A stretch of DNA of 64,000 bases. It comes from an uncultured Gemmatimonadales bacterium (lineage in GTDB: Bacteria > Gemmatimonadota > Gemmatimonadetes > Gemmatimonadales > GWC2-71-9). The position numbers were made by a program, and so were the translations under genes. Shown piece by piece: positions 9,742 to 20,111 of this stretch. The stretch is taken from the NCBI GenBank assembly GCA_963730185.1, contig CAVSQW010000015.1:224001-288000 (forward strand), in the 5' to 3' direction. The notes below the pieces were generated by a model. The model did not search any database. It was not told where the DNA came from and saw nothing but the letters and a program-made list of their open reading frames with translations. Position 1 is the first letter of the stretch, and every line of letters begins with the position of its first letter.

Positions 9742-10295
9742 CAGTTCTCCTTGAGCCAGCCGGCCGAGGTGTACTTGTACTGGTAGGCCCGCCCCGAGGC
9801 CCGAACGATCTCGAGCGCCCGGGCGTCGGTGGCGCTGTTCAGGTTCACCGCGCGGTTGGTATTCATGTAGATCACGCCGTTCTGATCGGCGCTGCCGTCG
9901 CGGCGGAAGATGATCAGCGTGAGCTCGTTGGACGGCGACGGCGCCGGCAGGCTGGGCGCCGTGACCTGCTCGAAGTTGATACCGTCGTCGAGCTGCACGA
10001 TCCGTCGCCGTTCGCCGACCGAGAAGACACCGTCGTTGTTGGCGTCCTCGTCGACGACCAGCCGACGGTTGCCGTGGTCGATCGTAACCTGCACGTTGTG
10101 CTGCAGACTCACCGCGAGCCGCTGCGCGTAGCTCAGCTGGAGCGAGACGTTGCGCGTTTCCGCGTTGAGCCGGTATTTCAACCAATCGAGGCGGGGCAGC
10201 GCCAAGCCGGCGATGATGCTCAGGATGACGATCACCCAGAGCAGCTCGCCCAACGAGTAGCCACGGCGGTTGCGGAGCAGCGAGCGCCGTTCCAT
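9741..10295 (-). CDS. FimT/GspH-like minor pilin
   Basis: RRG|YSLGELLWVIVILSIIAGLALP; DANNDG; IIFRRDG. Confidence 0.82.
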   Translation of the reverse strand: MERRSLLRNRRGYSLGELLWVIVILSIIAGLALPRLDWLKYRLNAETRNVSLQLSYAQRLAVSLQHNVQVTIDHGNRRLVVDEDANNDGVFSVGERRRIVQLDDGINFEQVTAPSLPAPSPSNELTLIIFRRDGSADQNGVIYMNTNRAVNLNSATDARALEIVRASGRAYQYKYTSAGWLKEN

Positions 10296-10377
10296 TCCAT
10301 TCTCCCAGCACCGGGCCGGAGGGCCGGGTACCCAAAGCGCACACCCGAGACCTCCGGCATTCGTCCCCACTTCCCGT

Positions 10378-10393
10378 GGCAAGGTCCAAGCCA
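10378..10393 (-). promoter_or_regulatory. Putative sigma54 (-24/-12) promoter for the leftward pilin cassette
   Basis: Minus strand TGGCTTGGACCTTGCC (GG-N10-GC); IHF-like CAA-N4-TTA nearby at about 10409-10418. Confidence 0.6.
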
Positions 10394-10627
10394 GTGATCG
10401 GCCTTTCGCAACTACTTACAGGACAACGCCATGTGGCGTCGCTGCACGGACCTGCCGACCGGTTCTCCCCGGTAGATTGCGAGAGTGCAAGAACTGTCAT
10501 CCGGCGGCTGGTCGGATTCCGAGCTTCCACCTCTGGACGGCTGCCCGTTCAGGGGGCAGCTTCCGCCGGGTGGGATCGCGATGGCGTTAGATTCCCTCGT
10601 GCCCCAGGCCCGCCACGCCGGAGAAGC

Positions 10628-11080
10628 ATGCCGTACTTCGGGGATCGCCAGTCTTCCCGCCGATCAGGGTTTTCGCTCGCCGAGATGTTGCTCGTCGTCT
10701 CGGTGCTGAGCGTACTGACCCTGATGGCGGTTCCCCGCCTCGAGCGGGCGGTTGCCGCCCGCGATCTGGTGGCCGCGAAGGCCGCCATCAGCGCCGTCTT
10801 TCTCCGGGCTCGGGCCGCCGCGGTGGATCGCCGCCAGTCGGTGCTGTTCACCGTCGACGGCGGCGTCGCCTCGGCCTCGGCCACGTCGCCGAGCGGACCG
10901 GTCCTGGTCGCCGAAGTGCCGCTTCGGACCCAGTTCTCCGTGCAGGTGACTGCCCCGGGCCGCAGCCTGCTGATCGAGCCGACGGGGCTGATCCGCTCGG
11001 GCACTCCGTTCGTGATCCGGCTGGCGCGCTCGACCCTCACCGACAGCGTGCGGATCACCGGCTACGGGAGAGTCGAATGA
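10628..11080 (+). CDS. FimT/GspH-like minor pilin (second cassette)
   Basis: RSG|FSLAEMLLVVSVLSVLTLMAVP; ends ITGYGRVE. Confidence 0.8.
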   Translation: MPYFGDRQSSRRSGFSLAEMLLVVSVLSVLTLMAVPRLERAVAARDLVAAKAAISAVFLRARAAAVDRRQSVLFTVDGGVASASATSPSGPVLVAEVPLRTQFSVQVTAPGRSLLIEPTGLIRSGTPFVIRLARSTLTDSVRITGYGRVE

Positions 11081-11456
11081 CCCTCCGGAGCCGCGCCGGC
11101 TTCTCGCTGGTCGAGCTGATGGTCTCGCTGATGATCTTGACAGGCGGGGTGCTGATCCTGGCCGGGGGCTCGCTATTCGTGACCCGCGACCTGGTCCGAA
11201 GCCGCCAGTCCACCGTGGCCGCGGCGGCGGCCCAGGCCAGCCTGGCCGAGCTCAGGGCGAGCGCCAACAGCACGGTCCCCCCCGTCTCTCCCCCCGGTTC
11301 GCCAGCGCGACCGTCCCGGTCAGCCAGGGTGGCGTCACGGTGACCTGGACCGTGCCGGAGACCGGACTCCTCCGGACCGTCCGGGTGGTCACGACCTACC
11401 AGCTGGGCCGGGGACAGGCCCGGACCGACACGCTGGTCGCCGTCATTCCATGCTGA
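11077..11456 (+). CDS. PilV-like minor pilin (apparent indel in C-runs near 11277-11295)
   Basis: RAG|FSLVELMVSL; continues in another frame as VTWTV...RTVRVVTTY...DTLVAVIPC*. Confidence 0.75.
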
Positions 11457-12352
11457 GCCGTCGGGGCGTTACCCTGGTCGAGCTGATGGTCAGCGTGGTG
11501 TTGCTCGGGATCATCGCGCTGGCCGGCGCCCGGGTCCTTCGGGTGGTGCTCAACACCACCAGCGCCCAGATGGGGCTGGCCGCCAGCCAGGGCGCGGTCC
11601 GGTTGGGGGTCTTGGCCCTGCCCCAGGAGTTTCGAGAAATCGGGTACGACTCGATTCCCGCCAGCGGTGCGGTGACCAGCGACCTCGAGGCCATCGCCGC
11701 CCACCAGATCACCTTCCGCGCGATGCGCGGCCTCGGCTTCACCTGCGGGACGCCCACGCTCACTGCCTTGACCGTCCGCCGGCCGGTGATGGGCATTCGG
11801 GGGCCGCTGATCACCGACGGCTTCCTCCTGTTCGTGGAGAGCGATCCCAACTATGGGCTCGACGACCAGTGGGTCCCGATGCGGGTGACGGCCATTGATT
11901 CCACCGCGAGCTGCGGCGGCCAGGCGGCCATCACGTTCACCCTGGCGGCACCCCCGGAGCTCGACCCGGTGGCCCACACGGCCATCGCGATCAGCCAGGT
12001 CTTCGTGGGTGGCCCGATTCGGTGGTACGAGCGGGTCCAATACGGCGCCTGGCGCGACCCCGCCAACGGGGCCGCGTACTTGGGGTTCCGCTCGCTCAGC
12101 CAAGGGCAGGAGGAATTGGGCCCCATTCTCGGCCCGCTGGTCGACACCACCGGTTTCGCCCTCACCTACTACTCCGCCAGCGGCGACGTGCTCGATCCCC
12201 AGATCACCTCCCCCCTCCGGGTGCGCTCGATCGGCCTCGACATCCAGGGCGCCACCGCGGCCGAGGTCTCGTTGGCGGGATCGACCCGGCGCCGCCCGGC
12301 GGTCACCTCGGTGTCGACCCGGGTAGCCCTCCGGAACAGCCTCCGCCCATGA
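11450..12352 (+). CDS. PilW-like minor pilin
   Basis: RRG|VTLVELMVSVVLL; C-terminal TRVALRN. Confidence 0.82.
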   Translation: MLSRRGVTLVELMVSVVLLGIIALAGARVLRVVLNTTSAQMGLAASQGAVRLGVLALPQEFREIGYDSIPASGAVTSDLEAIAAHQITFRAMRGLGFTCGTPTLTALTVRRPVMGIRGPLITDGFLLFVESDPNYGLDDQWVPMRVTAIDSTASCGGQAAITFTLAAPPELDPVAHTAIAISQVFVGGPIRWYERVQYGAWRDPANGAAYLGFRSLSQGQEELGPILGPLVDTTGFALTYYSASGDVLDPQITSPLRVRSIGLDIQGATAAEVSLAGSTRRRPAVTSVSTRVALRNSLRP

Positions 12353-13589
12353 GGGGCCGGCCCGCTCCCGTTACCCAGCCCAGGCGGGCCTTCGGCGAGC
12401 GGGGGCTGGCGCTGGCGCTGGTCGTGTTCGCCTTGGTCATTCTGGGCGCTCTGATCTCCGGCGCCTTCGTGGTGAGCCGCCTGGACCGAGGGTCCGCGAC
12501 CAACGCCACCTTCTCGGCCGCCGCCCAGGAGGCCGCCGAGGCCGGTCTCGCCATCACGTACGCCGGCTGGGACCCGGTGGTGCAGGGGGCGCTTCCGGTC
12601 TGGACCGGCCCGGGCGGGGTCGAGTGGTCGAGCGGAATGCAGCCGGTCGCCGGCAACCCGCTGCTGGTCCGGATCGACAGCGTCCGCCGGCTCAACGGTC
12701 AGCTGTTCCTGGTTCGCTCGACCGGCCAGCGACTCGGGCCGACCGGGCAAATCCTCGCGACCCTTACGCTGGGGCAGCTCTTTCGCCTGGTCCGGCCCAC
12801 GATCGGGGTCAACGCGGCGATCACGGTCCAGGCTCCGATCGACTTCCACGGCAACGCTTTTGCCGTGAGCGGTCTCAACTCCCTGCCGACCGGCTGGGAC
12901 CCGGCTGCCTGCCCCCCGTCGACCCGGGGAACACGGACGACGTGGTCGGCGTCCGAAGCTCGGCCGCCACCGGTGTCGCGACCGCGTCGCCGGGGCGGGT
13001 GGTGGGGTTCCCGGCGGCGGAGGCCCCCGACGATCCGACCATCACCTCGGCCACTTTTCAGAACTTCCTGGATTTCTCCTACACCTCCCTCGCCGCTCAA
13101 CCCGGCGTGAAGGTGCTGGCCTCGTCGAGCCCCTACACCGCCGTCGGCCCCGTCTTGGATCCGTCCAGCGTCCCGCCGTCCTGCGACCGCACCAGCCCCC
13201 TCAACTTCGGCGAGCCGTACCGGGCCCCGGCCGCCGGCGCGATCCCGGCCTGCTATGGCTACTTCCCCGTGGTCCACGGGACCGCGAGCGCCACGGTCTT
13301 CGGCGGTGGGGGGCGAGGGCAGGGCACCTTGCTGGTGGACGGCGACCTCGAGATCCACGGCGACTTCGAGTGGGTGGGTCTGGTGATCGTCCGCGGGCAG
13401 GTCCGGATCAGCGGGAGCGGCAACCTGATCACCGGCGCGCTCCTGGCCGAGGGCGCGTCGTCGGTGACCGCCGGGACCATTCAGGGGCAAGCCGGTGTCG
13501 CCTACTCCGCCTGCGCCGTGGGCCTCGCCATCGGCGGCGCCAGCCGGGGCGAACCCCTCGAGCAGCGGAGCTGGCTCCAGCTCTACTGA
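12349..13589 (+). CDS. PilX-like minor pilin (apparent indel in C-run near 12912)
   Basis: ERG|LALALVVF without Glu5, AAEAGL; C-terminal GQGTLLVDGDLEIHGDFEWVGLVIVRG. Confidence 0.78.
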
Positions 13590-13700
13590 GCCGCGCCCGA
13601 ATTTCTTGCCCTTCGGTTCCGGGGCCTCCAGATTCCACGCCTCCCGGGGATCCGGGAATCCCGACGCCCGTTCGACCGTCTCGAGCCCACCGAATCTTCC

Positions 13701-15032
13701 ATGGCGACACCCACCCTGATGGACCGGCTGGTTTCCCTCTGCAAGCGCCGCGGCTTCGTGTTTCAGTCGTCGGAGATCTACGGCGGCCTCGGCTCGGTCT
13801 GGGACTACGGCCCGCTGGGAGTCGAGCTCAAGCGGAACGTGAAGGACCGCTGGTGGCGGGCCATGGTCCAGGCCCGGGACGACATCGAGGGCCTCGACGC
13901 CGCCATCCTGATGCACCCCAAGGTGTGGGAGGCGTCCGGCCACGTCGCGGGCTTCACCGATCCGTTGGTGGACTGCAAGACCTGCAAGTCCCGGTTCCGG
14001 GCCGACAAGCTGGACGAGGCCCGCTGTCCCCAGAAGCCGTCGAAGCATCCCGGCGAGCACACCACCTGCGAGCTCACCGAGCCCCGGCTCTTCAACCTGA
14101 TGTTCAAGACCTTCATCGGGCCGGTGGAAGAGCAGGCCGCCGTGGTCTACCTCAGGCCGGAGACGGCCCAGGGCATTTACGTCAACTACCTCAACGTCCT
14201 GAACAGCTCGCGCCAGAAGATTCCGTTCGGCATCGCCCAGGTGGGGAAAGCATTCCGGAACGAGATCACCCCGGGCAACTTCATCTTCCGGACCCGCGAG
14301 TTCGAGCAGATGGAGATGCAGTTCTTCGTGAAGCCGGGCGCCGACGAGGAGTGGTTCGATCGCTGGCGCGGGCTCCGGATGGCCTGGCACCACGAGTTGG
14401 GCCTCGACCCGGACAAGCTCCGCTGGCACCAGCACGGGCCCGGCGAGTTGGCCCACTACGCCCGGAACGCCTTCGACATCGAGTACGAGTTCCCCTTCGG
14501 CTGGCAGGAGATCGAGGGGATCCACAATCGCACCGACTTCGACCTCAAGCGGCATCAGGAGCACTCCGGCAAGAAGCTCGAGTACTTCGAGCAGGCCACC
14601 GGCGAGCGCTTCCTTCCCTACATCATCGAGACCTCGGCGGGAGCCGATCGGGTCACCCTGACGGTGCTGGTGGATGCCTATCACGAAGAAGAGGTGGAGG
14701 GCGAGACCCGGGTGGTGCTTCGATTCCACCCCACCATCGCGCCGATCAAAGCCGCCGTGTTCCCGCTGGTCAACAAGGACCGGATGCCAGAGATGGCGAC
14801 CGAGCTCTACAACGACCTCCGGCGCCACCTGACCTGCTTTTACGACGACAGCGGTGCCATCGGCCGGCGGTACCGGCGGATGGATGAGGTGGGGACCCCC
14901 TTCTGCCTGACCGTGGACGGCCAGTCGGCGGAGGACCAGCAGGTGACGGTCCGGAACCGCGACACCATGACCCAGGAACGGGTCGCCTTCTCGGCCGTCC
15001 GCGACTACCTGAGCGAGCGCCTGGCGCCCTGA
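13701..15032 (+). CDS. glyQS: Glycine--tRNA ligase, alpha2 type
   Basis: YLRPETAQG, GKAFRNEITP, REFEQME, IGRRYRRMDEVGTP. Confidence 0.98.
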   Translation: MATPTLMDRLVSLCKRRGFVFQSSEIYGGLGSVWDYGPLGVELKRNVKDRWWRAMVQARDDIEGLDAAILMHPKVWEASGHVAGFTDPLVDCKTCKSRFRADKLDEARCPQKPSKHPGEHTTCELTEPRLFNLMFKTFIGPVEEQAAVVYLRPETAQGIYVNYLNVLNSSRQKIPFGIAQVGKAFRNEITPGNFIFRTREFEQMEMQFFVKPGADEEWFDRWRGLRMAWHHELGLDPDKLRWHQHGPGELAHYARNAFDIEYEFPFGWQEIEGIHNRTDFDLKRHQEHSGKKLEYFEQATGERFLPYIIETSAGADRVTLTVLVDAYHEEEVEGETRVVLRFHPTIAPIKAAVFPLVNKDRMPEMATELYNDLRRHLTCFYDDSGAIGRRYRRMDEVGTPFCLTVDGQSAEDQQVTVRNRDTMTQERVAFSAVRDYLSERLAP

Positions 15033-15050
15033 GCTGGACGGAGCGGGCCC

Positions 15051-15764
15051 GTGCGCCGCGCGGACTTCGAGTCGATGGTCCGGCGGATGACCGACGAGAT
15101 TCCGCCCGAGTTCCTGGACGGGGTGGCCGAGATCACGGTCTCGCCCCGGACGGTGCCGCACCCCGCTCGGCCGGACGTATACACCCTCGGGGAGTGCCTG
15201 GCCCTCCCGGCCGGTCTCGACGAGCCCGATCAGGTCCAGAGCCGGGTGGTGCTTTACTACGGATCGTTCGCGGCCCTCGCCCGGGAGCACCCGAGCTTCG
15301 ATTGGCAGGCCGAGGCCTGGGAGACCCTGACTCACGAGGTCCGCCACCACGTCGAATGGCGCGCCCGGGCGCCCGACCTCGAGGCGCTCGATCGGGCGGC
15401 CGAGCAGAACTTCGCCCGGATCGACGGCGAGCCGTTCGATCCCACCTTCTATCGTGACGGCGAGCGGCTCCCCGATGGGGTCTATCGGGTGGAAGACGAT
15501 TATTTTATCGAGTTGGCCGGGCCGGTGCGGACCGATCGGAACATCGCCTTCCGGTGGGCCGGCCGGGGATACGCGGTGCTCCCGCCCCCCGATCTGGCGC
15601 CGCCGGCCTTCCTGGCGGTGAGCGGGGTGGCCGAGCCGCCGCCCGGCGACCTGATGCTGGTATTCCCGCCGCCGCGCGGGCTTCGGGGCTTGCTCCGGGC
15701 TCGATCGGCGGCCCAGTACGACGTGAGCGCCCGCCCCCTGGGGGACGGGCCGGCAGCCGACTAG
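15051..15764 (+). CDS. Zincin-like metallopeptidase family protein with C-terminal extension
   Basis: VVLYYGSF ... ETLTHEVRHH (HExxH). Confidence 0.75.
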   Translation: MRRADFESMVRRMTDEIPPEFLDGVAEITVSPRTVPHPARPDVYTLGECLALPAGLDEPDQVQSRVVLYYGSFAALAREHPSFDWQAEAWETLTHEVRHHVEWRARAPDLEALDRAAEQNFARIDGEPFDPTFYRDGERLPDGVYRVEDDYFIELAGPVRTDRNIAFRWAGRGYAVLPPPDLAPPAFLAVSGVAEPPPGDLMLVFPPPRGLRGLLRARSAAQYDVSARPLGDGPAAD

Positions 15765-15820
15765 CGGGCCCATCCCGCCCTGGACCGGGACCGACGGTCC
15801 ACTCGAACCCCGAGCCGCGC

Positions 15821-16087
15821 ATGGTGCACGAGACGACCACCCCGCTTCCGCCCGCCGAGATCATCGCGCGGGCCAAGCGCTTCTTCGCCGAGCGGGTCCC
15901 GGCCACGGCGGCCTATCCCGAGAAGGAAGGGCCCACCTTCCTCACCCTCCGGGGACAGGGCGGGGAGGAGATCGCCCTGGCCGCCTTCCCGTCAGACGCC
16001 GGGACCCGGGTCCGCGCCTCGACCCTGCTCTTCGATCAGTCGGTCGAGCGTTTCCTGTCGACCCTCCCCGTGGAGGTGGTGGCATGA
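15821..16087 (+). CDS. Hypothetical protein (88 aa)
   Basis: Coding-like codon usage; stop overlaps next ATG. Confidence 0.75.
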   Translation: MVHETTTPLPPAEIIARAKRFFAERVPATAAYPEKEGPTFLTLRGQGGEEIALAAFPSDAGTRVRASTLLFDQSVERFLSTLPVEVVA

Positions 16088-16337
16088 GCGCCCTGCCGGT
16101 CCGGGTGATGGTCCTCGACACGTGGGACGAGTTTCCGTTCGACGTGAGCCCCGAGACGACGGTCACCGCGCTCAAGGCCGAAGCCCTGTCGCGGGCCCGG
16201 GTCCGGGGGGCGCCCGAGGGCTACGTGCTCAAGTACCGCGGCGCCGCGGTCGACGAGGGCCAACAGACCGTCGGCGGCGCGGGTATCGTGCCCAATGCCG
16301 CCCTGATCGTGCTCTCCAGGCGGCGCGTTCCGGCCAA

Positions 16338-16341
<4 letters not shown>
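16084..16341 (+). CDS. Ubiquitin-like beta-grasp protein (YukD/EsaB or Ub-like) without C-terminal GG
   Basis: FDVSPETTVTALKAEA and PEGYVLKYRG...T...GI...AALIV align by eye with ubiquitin; GGAGG RBS. Confidence 0.72.
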
Positions 16342-17264
<923 letters not shown>

Positions 17265-17300
17265 AGCTGTGACCCCCGCCCTCTGGCGTCCCGCGACATT

Positions 17301-17310
17301 TTGTATACAA
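17301..17310. promoter_or_regulatory. Perfect palindrome TTGTATACAA, candidate operator
   Basis: AT-rich palindrome in GC-rich DNA upstream of the epimerase. Confidence 0.45.
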
Positions 17311-17312
17311 TT

Positions 17313-17377
17313 CCCCACTACGGACGACTGCCCACTCACTCCCGACTCCCTACTCACCACTCACCAATCCCTATCCC
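17313..17377. repeat. Degenerate heptamer repeat array (same family as 430-496)
   Basis: CCCCACT, GACGACT, GCCCACT, CCCGACT, CCCTACT, CACCACT, CACCAAT, CCCTATC. Confidence 0.8.
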
Positions 17378-18403
17378 ATGCCCCGTCTCCGCATCGAAGC
17401 CGAGCTGTTGACGCTCCGCACCAAGCACCCGTTCAAGATCGCGCGGGGAAATCATGACAGCTATCGCACCGTGCTGGTCAAGGTGATCGACGACGACGGG
17501 ATGGAAGGCTGGGGCGAGGCCGCGCCGCAGCGCTTCTATGGCGAGACGCCCGAGACGGTGCTCGCGGCGCTCGAGGTCTATGCCACCGTCATGCCGTCCG
17601 ACCCGTTCGATCTCGATCAGGCCGAGGCAGCCCTGGAGACGGCGATGGTGGGGAACAACGCCGCCCGGGCGGCGCTCTCCACTGCGCTCCACGATCTGGT
17701 CGGGAAGAAGCTCGGGGTACCGCTCTGGAAGCTCTGGGGGCTCGATCCGGCCAAGGCGCCGCTCTCCACGTTCACGATCGGGATCGACACCCCGGAAATC
17801 ATCAAGAAGAAGGTCAGGGAAGCCGAGCAGTACCCGGTGCTCAAGATCAAGCTCGGCCTCGACAACGACCTCGAGATTCTCCAGGCGATCCGGGAGGTGA
17901 CCGATCGCGAGCTCCGGGTCGACGCCAACTGCGGCTGGACCCGGAAGCAGGCCATCCGGATGCTGCCGGTGCTGGAGGAGTACGGCGTGACCGTCCTCGA
18001 GCAGCCGCTGGTTCGAGGCGACCTGGACGGTCTGGCGGCGGTGGCCCGCGCGTCCCGGATCCCGGTGGTGGTCGACGAGAGTTGCCTGGTGGCCGCGGAC
18101 ATTCCGAGGCTGGTGGGCCTGGTCGACGGGATCAACATCAAGCTGGCCAAGACCGGAGGCTTGCGCGAGGCGCTTCGGATGATCGCGATCGCCCGGGCCC
18201 ATCACCTGATGGTGATGGTGGGCTGCATGATCGAGAGCTCGATCGGGATCACCGCGCTGGCGCACGTCACCCCGCTGGTCGACATCGCCGACCTCGACGG
18301 GGCCGCCCTCCTGGCGGAGGACCCCTACCGGGGCGCGACGATCGACGGGGGGCAGATCAAGCTGCCCACCGGTCCCGGCCTCGGGGTGACGGCCGCGGCG
18401 TAG
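17378..18403 (+). CDS. L-Ala-D/L-Glu dipeptide epimerase (enolase superfamily)
   Basis: KIKLG, RVDANCGW, EQP, DES, NIKLAK, GCMIES, DLDG. Confidence 0.9.
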   Translation: MPRLRIEAELLTLRTKHPFKIARGNHDSYRTVLVKVIDDDGMEGWGEAAPQRFYGETPETVLAALEVYATVMPSDPFDLDQAEAALETAMVGNNAARAALSTALHDLVGKKLGVPLWKLWGLDPAKAPLSTFTIGIDTPEIIKKKVREAEQYPVLKIKLGLDNDLEILQAIREVTDRELRVDANCGWTRKQAIRMLPVLEEYGVTVLEQPLVRGDLDGLAAVARASRIPVVVDESCLVAADIPRLVGLVDGINIKLAKTGGLREALRMIAIARAHHLMVMVGCMIESSIGITALAHVTPLVDIADLDGAALLAEDPYRGATIDGGQIKLPTGPGLGVTAAA

Positions 18404-18409
18404 CGGCAG

Positions 18410-18631
18410 TCACCCGGCCAGCCGGGCCCGCCCAGCGGGCGTGACCCCGAAATCGCCGTTGATCTCGATCACCAGCCCGGCCCCCACCAGCCCCCGGAGC
18501 CCGGCCCGCACCCGATAGAGGGGCAGGCGGGTGCGCCGGGCGAGCTCCGGCGCGGGGGCCGGGGGATCGGCAACCTCGAGGATCTGGCGCGCCGTGGTCA
18601 GGAGCGCGCCGTCGCTGGCGATGCAGGCCAT
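18410..18631 (-). CDS. Small winged-helix protein with N-terminal Cys
   Basis: MACIASDG...PELARRTRLPLYRVRAGLRGLVGAGLV; GGAGG-like RBS. Confidence 0.7.
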   Translation of the reverse strand: MACIASDGALLTTARQILEVADPPAPAPELARRTRLPLYRVRAGLRGLVGAGLVIEINGDFGVTPAGRARLAG

Positions 18632-18644
18632 CGTCCCTCCCGGT

Positions 18645-19301
18645 TCAAAGCGTCGTTTCGCAGTAATACCAGTCCTTGCACTCGTAGCCGGCGTTGATCC
18701 GGGCCGCGGCGTCCTCTTGGGTCCGGGGCGGCGGCACGATGACCCGCGTGCCGGGCTCCCAGTTGGCCGGCGTGGCCACCGTGAACCGGTCGGCGGTCTG
18801 GAGCGCGTCGATCAGCCGGAGGATCTCCTTCATGTTCCGCCCGGTCGAGAGCGGATAGTAGATCATCGCCTTGACGATCCCGTCGGGATTGATCACGAAC
18901 ACGCACCGCGACGCTTCGGTCGAGCTCTCGCCCGGCATCAGCATCCCGTACGCGGTGGCGACCGAACGGTCCAGATCGGCGATCACCGGGAAGGTGATCG
19001 TGACGCCGAAGTTCTGCTCGATGTTCCGGATCCAGGCGATGTGGGCGTAGACGCTGTCGATGCTGAGCCCGAGCAGCTCCACGTTCCGCTTCTTGAGCTC
19101 CGGCGCGATCTCGGCGAACCCGACGAACTCGGTGGTGCAGACCGGGGTGAAGTCCGCGGGATGCGAGAACAGGATCAGCCAACTTCCCCGGAAGTCTTCC
19201 AGGCGAACCTGCCCCTGCGTGGTCTCGGCCTCGAACGGCGGGGCGGGCTCCCCGAGCCGCGGAAGACCGCCGGTATCAGTGGCGCTGAGATTGGGGTGCA
19301 C
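18645..19301 (-). CDS. Peroxiredoxin, Prx6-type
   Basis: FSHPADFTPVCTTE, YYPLSTGRN, ATPANW; GTG 19301 with GGAGG. Confidence 0.93.
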   Translation of the reverse strand: MHPNLSATDTGGLPRLGEPAPPFEAETTQGQVRLEDFRGSWLILFSHPADFTPVCTTEFVGFAEIAPELKKRNVELLGLSIDSVYAHIAWIRNIEQNFGVTITFPVIADLDRSVATAYGMLMPGESSTEASRCVFVINPDGIVKAMIYYPLSTGRNMKEILRLIDALQTADRFTVATPANWEPGTRVIVPPPRTQEDAAARINAGYECKDWYYCETTL

Positions 19302-19377
19302 GGGTGCCTCCGGAGGGATAGGGTGACCGGCCACATCGTTCTGGCCGAAGGCTAGGCCGGTGTCGGCCAACCCGGGG

Positions 19378-19445
19378 TGAAGGTGGGATGAAAGGGGCGA
19401 TAGGGAAGCTGACTCAGGCTTCAAAGCCGCTTCACGCTTCCCTCA
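19378..19445. promoter_or_regulatory. 11-bp-periodic TTCA direct repeats on both strands in the Prx/OsmC divergent spacer
   Basis: TGAA at 19378 and 19389; TTCA/TTCA/CTCA at 19420, 19431, 19442. Confidence 0.5.
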
Positions 19446-19490
19446 CGTCGGCGAGGGCACTCTTCGCTGGTCACTACGTGGGGAGCGACC

Positions 19491-19955
19491 GTGGCGAGCG
19501 AGACGTTCGAAGTCGCCTTGACGCGTGAAACCGGATACCGGTTTGCGGTGGAGCTGGACGACGGGCAGGAGTTCGTCGTCGACGAGTTTCCACCCGTCGG
19601 GCGGGGCGAGGGCCCCAACCCGGCCCGCCTGCTGGCGACCACCGTGGGGCACTGCCTCTCGGCCAGTCTCGTCTTCTGCCTGAACCGCTCGAGGATCGCG
19701 CTGCTCGATCTGCGGACGACGGTCGAAGGTCGTCTCGCGCGGAACGAACGCGGCCGGCTCCGGGTCGGCGGGCTCCGGGTGCGGATCGAGCCCGTCGTGT
19801 CCGCGGACGATCTGGGCCGCATCGGTCGGTGCGTCGAGGTCTTCGAGGACTACTGCGTGGTGACCGAAAGCGTGCGGAAGGGGATCCCGGTCGAGGTGGT
19901 GGTCGAGCCGCGGACGGGCGTCGGAGCCGCCGTGTCGGAGGCGGCCGAGATGTGA
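19491..19955 (+). CDS. OsmC/Ohr family protein
   Basis: DEFPPVG...GPNPARLL...GHCLSASL...YCVVTESVRKG. Confidence 0.88.
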   Translation: MASETFEVALTRETGYRFAVELDDGQEFVVDEFPPVGRGEGPNPARLLATTVGHCLSASLVFCLNRSRIALLDLRTTVEGRLARNERGRLRVGGLRVRIEPVVSADDLGRIGRCVEVFEDYCVVTESVRKGIPVEVVVEPRTGVGAAVSEAAEM

Positions 19956-20111
19956 GGCGCGCGGTGTAAGGGGCGGAGTTCGGCCGCTTCACGGTGACCG
20001 GGCTCCGGCCGCGCGTCTCCCCCTTCTGTCTCGCTCGAGCGGCGCCGCCAGGCGTCGCTCTTGCGTTCCGGGCCGTCGGCCTGCTCGCCGCCCTCCGCTT
20101 ACTTTCCGGAC

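Noticed and set aside
10296..10627. Invertible promoter switch between the pilin cassettes
   Set aside because: No long flanking inverted repeats were found and there is no recombinase gene in the window.
11277..12917. Poly-C tracts at the frameshifts of pilV2 and pilX2 as phase variation
   Set aside because: The tracts are short (6-7 nt), and homopolymer indels are expected given the error background. Phase variation cannot be distinguished without reads.
12699..15773. 1024-aa minus-strand ORF (also 50946-53489, 58666-61284, 19989-22403, 42959-45172)
   Set aside because: These are antisense shadows of well-supported genes, typical of high-GC codon bias, and show no recognisable motifs.
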